DNA from: Hyphomicrobium sp.
Lineage (GTDB): Bacteria; Pseudomonadota; Alphaproteobacteria; Rhizobiales; Hyphomicrobiaceae
Assembly: GCA_035547255.1 (NCBI GenBank)
Contig: DASZVX010000156.1
Location: 708-64,707, forward strand
Length of the DNA: 64,000 nt
Direction: 5' to 3'
A model generated the notes under the pieces. The model ran no database searches and was not told the DNA's origin. It saw only the letters and a program-made list of their open reading frames with translations. How positions within the stretch are numbered: position 1 is the stretch's first letter; each line of letters begins with the position of its first letter. Below, piece after piece: positions 45,833 through 55,592 of the stretch. A program made the translations under genes and the position numbers.

Positions 45833-48112
45833 TTAGCCAAGAACGTGCGCTGCGGATCGGCGCGCCGCAAAATCGCCAACCGCCAAATTCGAGATTTCCT
45901 CAGCCGAGCGCGGGGGCGAGAAATAGAAGCCCTGGAAACTGCCGCAACCCATGCTTTGCAGAAGAACGAACTGGTCTTGGTTCTCGACGCCTTCGGCAGT
46001 GACACGCAGACCCAGGCTCAGCCCGAGCTGAACGATGGCCTGCACGATTGACAAGCTGTCGTTGTTTTCATGCATGTCCTGGACGAAGGATCGATCGATC
46101 TTCAAGCGGTCGATCGGGAACGCCTTGAGATGCGTCAGCGATGCATAACCCGTCCCGAAATCGTCAAGGGCGACCTCGACACCTAGGTCGTTGATGCAGT
46201 GCATTGCCTCCGCGATGTTCGTCACGCCGGCCCCGAGGAAAACCCGCTCGGTCACCTCGATGCAGAGTTTGCTTGCAGGCACATTATAGTGAGCAAGGGT
46301 TGTCTGCAGGCGCTTCGCGAGACAGCCCAAGGAAAAGTCTGCAGACAGCACGTTGATCGCCACGCGCCCGAAGTCCCTGCCTTCCGCTATCCATGCCGCG
46401 GCCTGCCGGATCGCCATCTCGATGACGTAGCTTCCGACCGACGCCGCGAGCCTTGGATCTTCCAGCACCTCTTCGAAGCTGCCTGGGGCAAGCAGACCAT
46501 GCACCGGGTGTTTCCAACGTAACAATGCCTCGAACGACAGCGGCTGCTTCGGATCGACCGGAACAACGGGCTGGAAGTAGAGGATGAATTGGCCGGTCTC
46601 CAGCGCCTGGCGCGCTTCCTGCTGCAATTCGACTCTTCGGCGGAGAGCACTACGCATGCTGGGATCAAAGTGGATGATGCGATCACGCCCCTCCGATTTG
46701 GCGCGATAAAGCGCGAGATCCGCGTTTTTCAGGAGGTCGCCAGCGTTTGTGGCATCTGCCGGGAATTTGGTGACGCCGATGCTGATCGTGCAGGTGCGAC
46801 GCGTGTCGCCGATTGCCAATGGTTCTTTCAATGCCCCCTGTACTGCATCCAAAGCGGCCACGATTTGCGGATTGTCGCCGCGGATCAGGACGGCGAATTC
46901 ATCGCCCCCCAAACGCGCGATAGTGCCCAAGCCGGCCAAGACATCCTTCAGACGCGACGCCAGCTGCTTCAGCATCTGGTCACCGACATCGTGGCCGAGC
47001 GTATCGTTGATTTCTTTCAGCCGATCGATGTCAAGGAGTGCGACGGCAAACTGAGCTTCGGTCGATTGCGAGAACTGGATCTCGTTATGAATGAGTTCGT
47101 TAAACGATAGCCGGTTCGGCACCGACGTCAGGACGTCGAGGTTCGCGAGCCGCCAGAGCTTGTCGCGGATCTTATTCTGCTCGGAGATCTCTTCGGTCAT
47201 CATCATCATGCCGCCGATGCTCTGATCCGGGAGGTACCAGGGCCGGACCTCCCAGCGGATGATGTTTTCGCGGCCGTCGGCACGGACGAATTTCTCTTCT
47301 TCGCAGTGTTCCGTTGCGCCGGCCAGAATGCGTTGATGCTTGCGCTTCCAATGCTGGGGAATTTCGGGAAATACGTCGTAGTGGCAACGTCCCGTAAGAT
47401 CCTTAGTCCCGAGATTGTAGTCTGCCAGCCATCGGTCCGTGTGGGCGACGTAGCGCATCTCGTTGTCGAACATCGCAACCGCTGCCGGAGCGTGCTTGAC
47501 GAAGGCTTTCAGCTGATAGTTCGCCTCTCTCAGCGCTTGCTCCCCACGGCGTTTGTCGGTGACGTCGACGCCGACGGTCGTTAGCGATTGAAGGTTGCCC
47601 TGCGCATCCCAACACGGCACCACTGTCGCGCTCATCCATACCAGCGATCCGTCCTTTGCCTGATCGCAGAATTCGCCGCGCCAGGATTTGCCGGTGCGGA
47701 CCGAGGCCCACATTTCGGAAACCGCCGAGGTTTCATAATGACCGGCGCGGCGGCGAGACGTCGGAAGCTCGGAAAGCTCCTGAAGTGTGTAGCCGATCCG
47801 CGCAAGGTATTTATCGTTTGCGTCGATGAACCGGCCGTGCTGGTCCGACTTCAAAACGTAGAAGAACTGCTCGATGGTTTCGTCGTAAGACTTCTGCTGC
47901 AGCCTGCGGCGGGGCGTACCGGTCTGCCTCGCAACCGAAATGATGGCAATCAGGCCCGAAAGACACGCTGCTGCTACCCCAGCGGGAGCAGCCCAAATTG
48001 ATCCACTCGTTAAGCCATAGACCAGAAGGCCCTGCGCCGCACACAAGCCGATTATCAGCCATTTTCTCGAATTTTCGAGCGATTTAGCGACGGGCGGAGC
48101 AATCATTCGCAA
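45833..48112 (-). CDS. Membrane PAS-PAS-GGDEF-EAL diguanylate cyclase/phosphodiesterase
   Basis: Two TMs, PAS/PAC motifs, RLGGDEF, EALLRW, DDFGTGYASL, LKIDRSF. Confidence 0.93.
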   Translation of the reverse strand: MRMIAPPVAKSLENSRKWLIIGLCAAQGLLVYGLTSGSIWAAPAGVAAACLSGLIAIISVARQTGTPRRRLQQKSYDETIEQFFYVLKSDQHGRFIDANDKYLARIGYTLQELSELPTSRRRAGHYETSAVSEMWASVRTGKSWRGEFCDQAKDGSLVWMSATVVPCWDAQGNLQSLTTVGVDVTDKRRGEQALREANYQLKAFVKHAPAAVAMFDNEMRYVAHTDRWLADYNLGTKDLTGRCHYDVFPEIPQHWKRKHQRILAGATEHCEEEKFVRADGRENIIRWEVRPWYLPDQSIGGMMMMTEEISEQNKIRDKLWRLANLDVLTSVPNRLSFNELIHNEIQFSQSTEAQFAVALLDIDRLKEINDTLGHDVGDQMLKQLASRLKDVLAGLGTIARLGGDEFAVLIRGDNPQIVAALDAVQGALKEPLAIGDTRRTCTISIGVTKFPADATNAGDLLKNADLALYRAKSEGRDRIIHFDPSMRSALRRRVELQQEARQALETGQFILYFQPVVPVDPKQPLSFEALLRWKHPVHGLLAPGSFEEVLEDPRLAASVGSYVIEMAIRQAAAWIAEGRDFGRVAINVLSADFSLGCLAKRLQTTLAHYNVPASKLCIEVTERVFLGAGVTNIAEAMHCINDLGVEVALDDFGTGYASLTHLKAFPIDRLKIDRSFVQDMHENNDSLSIVQAIVQLGLSLGLRVTAEGVENQDQFVLLQSMGCGSFQGFYFSPPRSAEEISNLAVGDFAARRSAAHVLG

Positions 48113-48213
48113 TGACGCTTCTTAACGCTGGATACGATTGCGTGCATTCTAGAACAAAATACTAAATGGTCCCCGAATGAGATGGACTAACGTCGCTTGG
48201 GCGCCCGCCCGCA

Positions 48214-49410
48214 TCACCTATTCATCGGAGGGATGGCCTGCGCATAGGTATGCGGCGCCAATCGGACGGTCAGCGCGATCACGACAACGACGCTTGCGAG
48301 ATGCAGCAGCCAGCCAGCGAGGAAGCCTCCGGTCAAATCGTGCAGAACCGCAACAATCCATGGCGGAATCGCAGCAAGCAGGAATCCCCCGCCCTGCATG
48401 AGCGCCGACAGCGCGCCCGCTTCTGCCGGATCGGAAAGATGGTCGAGCGCCACGATCATCGACAGGGCAAAACATCCACCCAGTCCGGCGCCGACGATAG
48501 CCGCCCACGCAAGGGGCGCGGTCTCGGGCAAGAACGCAAGCCCGGCAAACCCCACTACCTGCATGGCGAGCGTGAGCCATAGCCATGGCCGTCTGTCGTC
48601 ACTCCTGCTTGCGAGGGCCGGCATGATCAAAGCGGAAACCGCCTGGCATACTGCCATGACGGCGAGCAGACTGCCGCTCGCAGCGCTGCTCCAGCCATGT
48701 CCCTGATAAGATGGCGCGAGCCAAGCTACGATGCTCGAGTAGCCGCCGTTGACGAGTCCAAAGCACGCCATCAACAACCAGGCGCGCGGTCTCTTGAGCA
48801 AAGTCCTAACGACATTTCTGCTGCGCACGTGTCGGCCATCGCACGGCAGGTGGAAGAAGGCCAAGGCCACGGTGACGAGCGCCGGAATCGCCAGCCACGC
48901 AAGCCCGAAGTGCCAACCGCCGAAGGCATCTGCGATCATCGGTGAGGTTTGCGCGCCAAGCGCGCCGCCTCCCATCAGCGTCGCGGAATAGAGCCCCATC
49001 ACGATGCCGACGTTGCGAGGAAAGTGCCGCTTGATGATGCCGGGAAAGACGGCCTGGATAATCGCTGCCCCGAACCCCAGGAGTGCCGCCGTGCCCACCA
49101 TTTCCCAACCTGTCGTCACGATCAGGCGCAGCAGAGATCCAAGCGCCAGGATGGCGAGCGCCGCGATGATCGCCGAACGCGCTCCCACTCTCACCTGCAA
49201 GGATGGACCTGCGAAAGCGAAGCCGCCCATCAGCAGCATCGGCACCAGCGTCAGAAGCGCCATGCCTTGCAGACCAAGTCCGGTTTCCGCGCTCACACCG
49301 TCAGCGAGCGGGCCGACACCGGTTATGAACGGCCTTAGATTGAGGCCGACCAACGCGACGATCATAAGCAGAAGCAGACGCGTGGATGATGATTGATCGT
49401 TCGGTTCCAT
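48214..49410 (-). CDS. CynX-family MFS transporter
   Basis: GLNLRP..T.VGPL, P.IIKR.F, MGLYS, AWL.P, L.A.MQG.GF. Confidence 0.85.
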   Translation of the reverse strand: MEPNDQSSSTRLLLLMIVALVGLNLRPFITGVGPLADGVSAETGLGLQGMALLTLVPMLLMGGFAFAGPSLQVRVGARSAIIAALAILALGSLLRLIVTTGWEMVGTAALLGFGAAIIQAVFPGIIKRHFPRNVGIVMGLYSATLMGGGALGAQTSPMIADAFGGWHFGLAWLAIPALVTVALAFFHLPCDGRHVRSRNVVRTLLKRPRAWLLMACFGLVNGGYSSIVAWLAPSYQGHGWSSAASGSLLAVMAVCQAVSALIMPALASRSDDRRPWLWLTLAMQVVGFAGLAFLPETAPLAWAAIVGAGLGGCFALSMIVALDHLSDPAEAGALSALMQGGGFLLAAIPPWIVAVLHDLTGGFLAGWLLHLASVVVVIALTVRLAPHTYAQAIPPMNR

Positions 49411-49411
49411 C

Positions 49412-49885
49412 CTACGCGCGCTCGTCCTGTCTCCGCTTCCAGTCGGCGTAAAGGTCGGGACACGACTCCAGACGAACCGGAACATGGCGAATGTTCATTG
49501 ACTGCTCGGAAAACGGCCTGGACATTTCCGCGTAGATCGCCGCAGTCGAGAGACCGAATGGCGCGCCGTCGTCGTTGGAATAGGCGTATGCGACCTCGCT
49601 CACACCGGCGAGACGCATCGCCGCCATGCACATCGGACACGGATGGCCGCTGGCGTAGACGGTACAGCCTGCGAGATCGGCCGAGACGAGCTTCTGACTT
49701 GCCGCGCGGATCGCCATCAGCTCTGCATGCGCGGTCGGATCGTTGGTGCTGAGGATTTCGTTCACGCCCGTGGCGATCACCTCGCCGTTCCTGACGACCA
49801 CGGCGCCAAACGGGCGGCCGCCTTTCTCGACATTGGCGTGAGCAAGTTCGATGGCCTCGGTGAGGAAGTGCGTTTCGTTTTTCAT
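49412..49885 (-). CDS. Nucleoside/guanine deaminase (cytidine deaminase fold)
   Basis: PFGAVVV, DPTAHAE, PCPMC. Confidence 0.9.
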   Translation of the reverse strand: MKNETHFLTEAIELAHANVEKGGRPFGAVVVRNGEVIATGVNEILSTNDPTAHAELMAIRAASQKLVSADLAGCTVYASGHPCPMCMAAMRLAGVSEVAYAYSNDDGAPFGLSTAAIYAEMSRPFSEQSMNIRHVPVRLESCPDLYADWKRRQDERA

Positions 49886-50002
49886 GGTGCCGTCAGTCCT
49901 TACCAAGCGCCGCCACGACCCGTCGCCGTCGGTAACCCGTGATTGCTCCATTTACAAATGGAATATATGAATGGTTTTCATTCATGTTTGTAATGGTTCT
50001 CC

Positions 50003-50860
50003 ATGATCGACCCTCGACTGCTTCGCGCGTTTGTCACCATCGCCGACACCGGCAGTTTCACGACGGCCGCCGAGCGGCTGCATATGACCCAGTCTACGAT
50101 CAGCCAGCAGCTCGGGCGTCTGGAAGAAGCTCTCGGCCATGATCTGATCGATCGCACGGCGCGGCCCGCCCGTCCGACAGAAACGGGCGAGCGGCTGCTG
50201 GGTTATGCGCGGCGCATCCTCTCGCTTCAGCACGAAGCCGAAACGCTGCTATCCGATCCGCGGGGTACCGCTTCCATTCGGATCGGCGTCCCCGACGACA
50301 TCGTCACCTTGCCGATGAGTCAGGTCTTTGCGGCTTTCTCTGCACGGCATCGAGAAATCCGGCTCGATGTTACGACCGGCCTCAGCCGCGATCTGAGCAA
50401 GCGCTACAGATCGGGCGAGTTCGACATCATCATCGTCAAGGAGCCGACCGCGAGCGCGGATCACCGCGCAACTTTTCCCGAGGCCATCGCCTGGTTCGAA
50501 AGCAGGAGCGCGCCTCGTGAGTGGCGAGACCCGATACCGCTTGTCGCGTTTCCGGTAGGCGGGCTCTATCGTGAAGCCATGTTCGAACGTCTCGAGCGCG
50601 AGCGCCGCCGTTGGTACATCGCTTTTACGGGTAGCAGCCTCAACAGCGTGCTTGTTGCCATCGAATCTGGATTGGGCCTGTCGGTGGTGCCAACCGCGAC
50701 GGCTGCGGGCTACAAGGTGCGCCCACACAAAGGGTTCGGAATGGAACCGGCGATGGTCGTGTCTCTCTATTCGTGGGAGAAAGGGGGAGACATCGGCGAG
50801 CTCGTCGAACTCATGTCGCGCGTACTTTCGAAGCGCTACACATCGCCGAGGTCTGCGTGA
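50003..50860 (+). CDS. LysR-family regulator
   Basis: LRAFV...DTGSFT.AA..L..TQS.ISQQ..RLE; divergent from the deaminase. Confidence 0.93.
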   Translation: MIDPRLLRAFVTIADTGSFTTAAERLHMTQSTISQQLGRLEEALGHDLIDRTARPARPTETGERLLGYARRILSLQHEAETLLSDPRGTASIRIGVPDDIVTLPMSQVFAAFSARHREIRLDVTTGLSRDLSKRYRSGEFDIIIVKEPTASADHRATFPEAIAWFESRSAPREWRDPIPLVAFPVGGLYREAMFERLERERRRWYIAFTGSSLNSVLVAIESGLGLSVVPTATAAGYKVRPHKGFGMEPAMVVSLYSWEKGGDIGELVELMSRVLSKRYTSPRSA

Positions 50861-50928
50861 GCCATGGATCAATTTCCAGTCGGGTCATTGGTACCGGTCG
50901 AGTTGCAATAATCTCGCCGCCGCCTGTC

Positions 50929-50946
50929 TTTATACGATCTTTATAC
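50929..50946 (+). promoter_or_regulatory. Putative KdpE-binding direct repeat
   Basis: TTTATAC-gatc-TTTATAC (11-bp period) upstream of the kdp operon. Confidence 0.65.
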
Positions 50947-51028
50947 CCGCATCCCGATTTTCCAATCGAGACTTGATGCCCTTCGCATCATGTTCCGGTC
51001 GTTCGTCAATCTGAGCGGAGCAGAGCGC

Positions 51029-51112
51029 ATGCTCGATATTGCCTATCTCCTCCTCGGCCTTGGTTGCTTCGGCCTGATGGTCGGCTACGCCAAGCTTTGC
51101 AGCTGGCTGTGA
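51029..51112 (+). CDS. Kdp-associated small membrane peptide (27 aa)
   Basis: MLDIAYLLLGLGCFGLMVGYAKLCSWL; GGAG RBS; directly before kdpF. Confidence 0.7.
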   Translation: MLDIAYLLLGLGCFGLMVGYAKLCSWL

Positions 51113-51119
51113 GGCGACC

Positions 51120-51206
51120 ATGAGCGATCCAGTCATCGGGCTTCTCGTCGCCATCTGCCTCGGCGTCTATCTCGTCTACACGCTCGTCAGGCCCGAAAAA
51201 TTCTAA
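51120..51206 (+). CDS. kdpF: K+-transporting ATPase subunit F
   Basis: [28 protein letters not shown] with YL.Y.L.RPE.F motif. Confidence 0.9.
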   Translation: MSDPVIGLLVAICLGVYLVYTLVRPEKF

Positions 51207-51226
51207 TGGCCCTGGAGGGCTTATCC

Positions 51227-52936
51227 ATGACGTTGGTTGGCTGGTTTGAGATTGCGCTGGTGCTGGGCGCCGTTCTCGCAGCGGCTTGGCCGCTCGGTCT
51301 CTATATGGCGCGTGTGTTCGCCGGAGAGCGCACTGCGCTTTCAACTGTTATGCGGCCTGTGGAGCGAGCGCTTTATGCCTTTGCACGTATCCACCCCGGC
51401 TCCGAGCAGAACTGGCTCTCCTACACGTTGTCCATGCTCGTCTTCAATGGCGCGGGATTCCTTTTCCTCTATGCGTTGATGCGGCTCCAGCATGTGCTCC
51501 CGCTCGACCCGCAGAATTTCGCCGCTATCGAACCCGGCCTCGCCTTCAACACGGCGATGAGCTTCGTCACCAACACCAACTGGCAGTCTTATGCCGGCGA
51601 GACGACGATGAGCCATCTCGTCCAGATGGCTGGCCTTACTGTTCAGAATTTTCTTTCCGCCGCAACCGGCATCGCACTTGCGATTGCGGTGACGCGCGCC
51701 TTCGCACGCAGCGGCATCCGTGAAATCGGCAATTTCTGGGTCGATGTTACGCGCGCGACGCTCTACGTTCTGCTGCCGCTGGCGATCTTCGTCGCGATCC
51801 TCTATGCCGCTTCGGGCGTTCCGCAAACTCTTGCCGCCAGTGTTTCCGCGACCACTCTCGAAGGTGCGAAGCAGACAATTGCACTCGGCCCCGTCGCAAG
51901 CCAGGAGGCGATCAAACAGCTCGGAACCAACGGCGGCGGCTTCTTCAACGCCAACGCCGCGCATCCCTTCGAAAATCCGAACGTCTGGTCGAACGTCCTG
52001 TCGATCTGGAGCATGCTGCTCATCCCGACGGCAATTACGTTCACGTTCGGACGCATGGTCGGCGACCGGCGACAAGGCTACACGTTGCTCGCCGTCATGG
52101 GTGTGCTGCTGATCGTCGGGACGGCTGTGGTCTACGCATCCGAAACTGCGGGCAATCCGCTGCTCACGGCAGCAGGCGTCGATCCTTCGTCCGGCAATCT
52201 CGAAGGCAAGGAAATCCGCTTCGGACAAGCTCTGACCGCGCTCTATGTCGCCGCTACGACCGGGCTATCGTGCGGCGCCGTCAACGCCATGCACGACTCG
52301 CTGACCCCGCTCGGCGGCATCGTTCCTCTATTCATGATGCAGCTTGGCGAGATCCTGCCCGGCGGCGTCGGCTCCGGTCTCTACGGCATGATCGTGATGG
52401 CGCTGCTGACCGTGTTCGTCGCCGGTCTCATGGTCGGGCGAACGCCTGAATACCTCGGCAAGAAGGTCGAGGCACGCGAGATGAAGCTTGCGATGCTGGC
52501 GTTGCTCGTGCTGCCGTTCTGCATTCTTGGGTTCACCGCTATTGCGGCCGTGCTCCCGACGGCGCTCGCAAGCCTTGCCAACAGCGGGCCGCATGGACTG
52601 ACTGAGATTCTCTACGCCTACTCGTCCGCAACCGGAAACAACGGCTCGGCCTTCGCCGGTCTCAACGCCAATACGCCCTGGTTCAATACGACACTCGGCC
52701 TCGCCATGATGTTCGGACGCTTTGCCTACGTCGTCCCGGTGATGGCGATTGCGGGCTCGATCGCGACCAAAACGAATACGGCTGCCTCTGCCGGTACGTT
52801 TCCGACCGACGGCACGCTGTTCTGCGGCTTGCTCATCGGCGTGATCCTGATCCTTGGCGGCCTGCTCTATTTCCCGGCCCTCGCGCTCGGTCCCATCGTC
52901 GAGCACTTCCTGATGCTGGCCGGCAAGACGTTTTGA
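51227..52936 (+). CDS. kdpA: K+-transporting ATPase subunit A
   Basis: [42 protein letters not shown]. Confidence 0.97.
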   Translation: MTLVGWFEIALVLGAVLAAAWPLGLYMARVFAGERTALSTVMRPVERALYAFARIHPGSEQNWLSYTLSMLVFNGAGFLFLYALMRLQHVLPLDPQNFAAIEPGLAFNTAMSFVTNTNWQSYAGETTMSHLVQMAGLTVQNFLSAATGIALAIAVTRAFARSGIREIGNFWVDVTRATLYVLLPLAIFVAILYAASGVPQTLAASVSATTLEGAKQTIALGPVASQEAIKQLGTNGGGFFNANAAHPFENPNVWSNVLSIWSMLLIPTAITFTFGRMVGDRRQGYTLLAVMGVLLIVGTAVVYASETAGNPLLTAAGVDPSSGNLEGKEIRFGQALTALYVAATTGLSCGAVNAMHDSLTPLGGIVPLFMMQLGEILPGGVGSGLYGMIVMALLTVFVAGLMVGRTPEYLGKKVEAREMKLAMLALLVLPFCILGFTAIAAVLPTALASLANSGPHGLTEILYAYSSATGNNGSAFAGLNANTPWFNTTLGLAMMFGRFAYVVPVMAIAGSIATKTNTAASAGTFPTDGTLFCGLLIGVILILGGLLYFPALALGPIVEHFLMLAGKTF

Positions 52937-52946
52937 GGAGACGACA

Positions 52947-54998
52947 ATGAGCAAGCGCGTAATTCACGGATTGCTGGACCGATCCATTCTCCGCCGTGCA
53001 GCCGTCGATGCTGTTCGCAAGCTCGCGCCGCGGAAGCTCGTCCGCAACCCCGTCATGTTCGTGACAGGAGTCGTGGCGGCACTCGTCACGCTGATCTTCA
53101 TTCGCGATGTCGCGATGGGCCGAGGTGGCCTTCTCTTCACCGGACAGATCGCGGCTTGGCTGTGGTTCACCGTTCTATTCGCCAACTTCGCCGAAGCGGT
53201 CGCAGAGGGACGTGGCCGTGCCCAAGCTGACGCGCTCAGGCGCACGCGCAGCGATACGATGGCCAAACTTCTGCTTCATCCCGACGACACGAAAGACGAT
53301 CCGTGGGAGTCGAAGCCCGCGCAAGATCTTGTCGCCGGTGACGTCGTACTGGTGGAGGCTGGAGATACGATTCCCGCCGATGGCGAGGTCATCCAGGGAA
53401 TCGCCTCGGTCAACGAGTCCGCCATCACGGGTGAATCCGCGCCTGTTATCCGAGAGTCGGGCGGCGACCGCTCAGCGGTGACCGGCGGCACGGTCGTGTT
53501 GTCCGACTGGATCATCGTGCGCATCACGGCGGTCGCAGGTTCCTCATTTCTCGACCGCATGATCGCCCTCGTGGAAGGCGCCGAACGGCAGAAGACGCCG
53601 AACGAATTGGCGTTGTCGATCCTGCTATCCGGCATGACCTTGATCCTGCTGATTACGGTGACGACACTCTGGGGCATCGCCGATTATTCTTCGACGGAAG
53701 TCTCGGTGACGGTGCTCGTCGCCCTGCTCGTCACACTCATCCCGACGACCATCGGTGGTCTCCTCTCAGCAATCGGCATCGCAGGCATGGATCGACTGGT
53801 TCGCTTCAACGTGGTCGCCACCTCCGGTCGCGCCGTTGAGGCGGCAGGCGACGTCGACACGCTGCTTCTCGACAAGACGGGCACGATTACCTACGGCAAC
53901 CGTCTCGCAAGCGCCTTCATCCCTGTCCCTGGCCGCTCGGAGCACGACGTTGCGGAATCATCGCTCCTCGCCTCGCTCGCGGACGAAACGCCGGAAGGGC
54001 GTTCGATCGTGGCGCTGGCGCGCGGTCACTACGGACTTCCAGACATGGGCAACAAAGTCCCGACGAAGGTCATTCCGTTTTCCGCTCAAACCCGCGTCTC
54101 GGGTGTCGACATCGACGGCCGCTGCATACGCAAGGGAGCAGTCGATGCGATGCTGGCGCAGGTCGGCCAGTCGATCGAACATGCTCCGGCGGCATTTCGG
54201 CAAGCCGTGGATTCGATCGCGCGAACGGGAGGCACGCCGCTCGCCGTTGCTGTAGGCTCGGATCTTGTCGGCGTCATCCACCTCAAGGACGTCGTCAAGC
54301 CAGAGATCAAGACGCGCTTTGCGGCGCTGCGCCAGATGGGCATCAAGACCGTGATGGTCACGGGCGACAATCCCGTCACAGCCGCAGCCATCGCGTCCGA
54401 AGCTGGCGTCGATGACTACATCGCCGAGGCCACACCGCAGGACAAGCTCGCCTATATCCGCTCCGAGCAGCGTAAGGGCCGCCTGATCGCCATGTGCGGC
54501 GATGGCACGAACGATGCGCCCGCACTGGCGCAGGCCGACGTCGGCGTCGCCATGCAGACCGGCACCCAGGCCGCACGAGAAGCGGGCAACATGGTGGACC
54601 TCGACAGCGATCCGACTAAGCTGATCGAGATCACCGAAATCGGCAAGCAACTGCTGATGACGCGCGGCTCGCTGACGACGTTCTCGATCGCGAACGACGT
54701 GGCGAAGTACTTTGCGATTATCCCGGCGCTGTTCATTGCCACCTATCCCGAGCTTGGCAAACTGAACGTGATGGCTCTTGCGACGCCGCAGAGCGCCATC
54801 CTTTCCGCCGTTATCTTCAATGCGCTCATCATCGTCGCCCTAATCCCGCTGGCGCTGACAGGCGTCGCTTATCGACCGATCGGCGCGGCGGCGCTTCTGA
54901 GGCGCAACCTTCTCGTCTACGGCCTCGGCGGCATCATCGTCCCGTTCATCGGAATCAAGATCGTCGACTTAGCCGTCTCGGCTCTCGGTCTCGCTTAA
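52947..54998 (+). CDS. kdpB: K+-transporting ATPase subunit B
   Basis: NPVMF, TGES, IPTTIG, DKTGT, GDGTND. Confidence 0.97.
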   Translation: MSKRVIHGLLDRSILRRAAVDAVRKLAPRKLVRNPVMFVTGVVAALVTLIFIRDVAMGRGGLLFTGQIAAWLWFTVLFANFAEAVAEGRGRAQADALRRTRSDTMAKLLLHPDDTKDDPWESKPAQDLVAGDVVLVEAGDTIPADGEVIQGIASVNESAITGESAPVIRESGGDRSAVTGGTVVLSDWIIVRITAVAGSSFLDRMIALVEGAERQKTPNELALSILLSGMTLILLITVTTLWGIADYSSTEVSVTVLVALLVTLIPTTIGGLLSAIGIAGMDRLVRFNVVATSGRAVEAAGDVDTLLLDKTGTITYGNRLASAFIPVPGRSEHDVAESSLLASLADETPEGRSIVALARGHYGLPDMGNKVPTKVIPFSAQTRVSGVDIDGRCIRKGAVDAMLAQVGQSIEHAPAAFRQAVDSIARTGGTPLAVAVGSDLVGVIHLKDVVKPEIKTRFAALRQMGIKTVMVTGDNPVTAAAIASEAGVDDYIAEATPQDKLAYIRSEQRKGRLIAMCGDGTNDAPALAQADVGVAMQTGTQAAREAGNMVDLDSDPTKLIEITEIGKQLLMTRGSLTTFSIANDVAKYFAIIPALFIATYPELGKLNVMALATPQSAILSAVIFNALIIVALIPLALTGVAYRPIGAAALLRRNLLVYGLGGIIVPFIGIKIVDLAVSALGLA

Positions 54999-55010
54999 GG
55001 AGTGCTGCGC

Positions 55011-55589
55011 ATGCTGTCGTATTTCCGCCCGGCGATCACCCTGTTCATCGTTTTTACAGCCTTGACCGGCCTTGCCTATCCGCTCGCACTGACCGGTATC
55101 ACACAAGTGATTTTTCCGACGCGAGCCGACGGCAGCCAGATCAGCCGCGATAGAAAAATCGTCGGGTCTCGACTGATCGGCCAGACGTTTACGTCGGACA
55201 GATATTTCCATGGGCGTCCCTCGGCAGCGGGCCAATCCGGCTACGACGCCTCATCCTCCTCCGGATCGAACCTCGGACCGCTTTCGCGACAGCTTTTGGA
55301 GCGCGTCAAAAACGACGTCGCCAAGTTGCACAAAGAAGGAGCAACCGACATTCCAGCCGACGCCGTAACAGCCTCGGGCAGCGGCCTTGATCCACACATC
55401 AGCCCAGCCTATGCCGAGCTTCAGGTCGGACGCGTGGCCACGGCACGCGGCGTCTCGCCAGATCGCGTCCGCGCACTTATCGCCCAAGACACCAGGCAAC
55501 CGACCTTGGGCGTCATGGGCGAGCCGCGCATTAACGTTCTGCTGCTCAATTTGGCTCTTGACCGTACCTTCGGGGCGGGCTCCGGATAG
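55011..55589 (+). CDS. kdpC: K+-transporting ATPase subunit C
   Basis: GL.YPL, GSRLIGQ.F, YFHGRPS, SGSNLGP, TASGSGLDPHIS. Confidence 0.96.
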   Translation: MLSYFRPAITLFIVFTALTGLAYPLALTGITQVIFPTRADGSQISRDRKIVGSRLIGQTFTSDRYFHGRPSAAGQSGYDASSSSGSNLGPLSRQLLERVKNDVAKLHKEGATDIPADAVTASGSGLDPHISPAYAELQVGRVATARGVSPDRVRALIAQDTRQPTLGVMGEPRINVLLLNLALDRTFGAGSG

Positions 55590-55592
55590 GAC

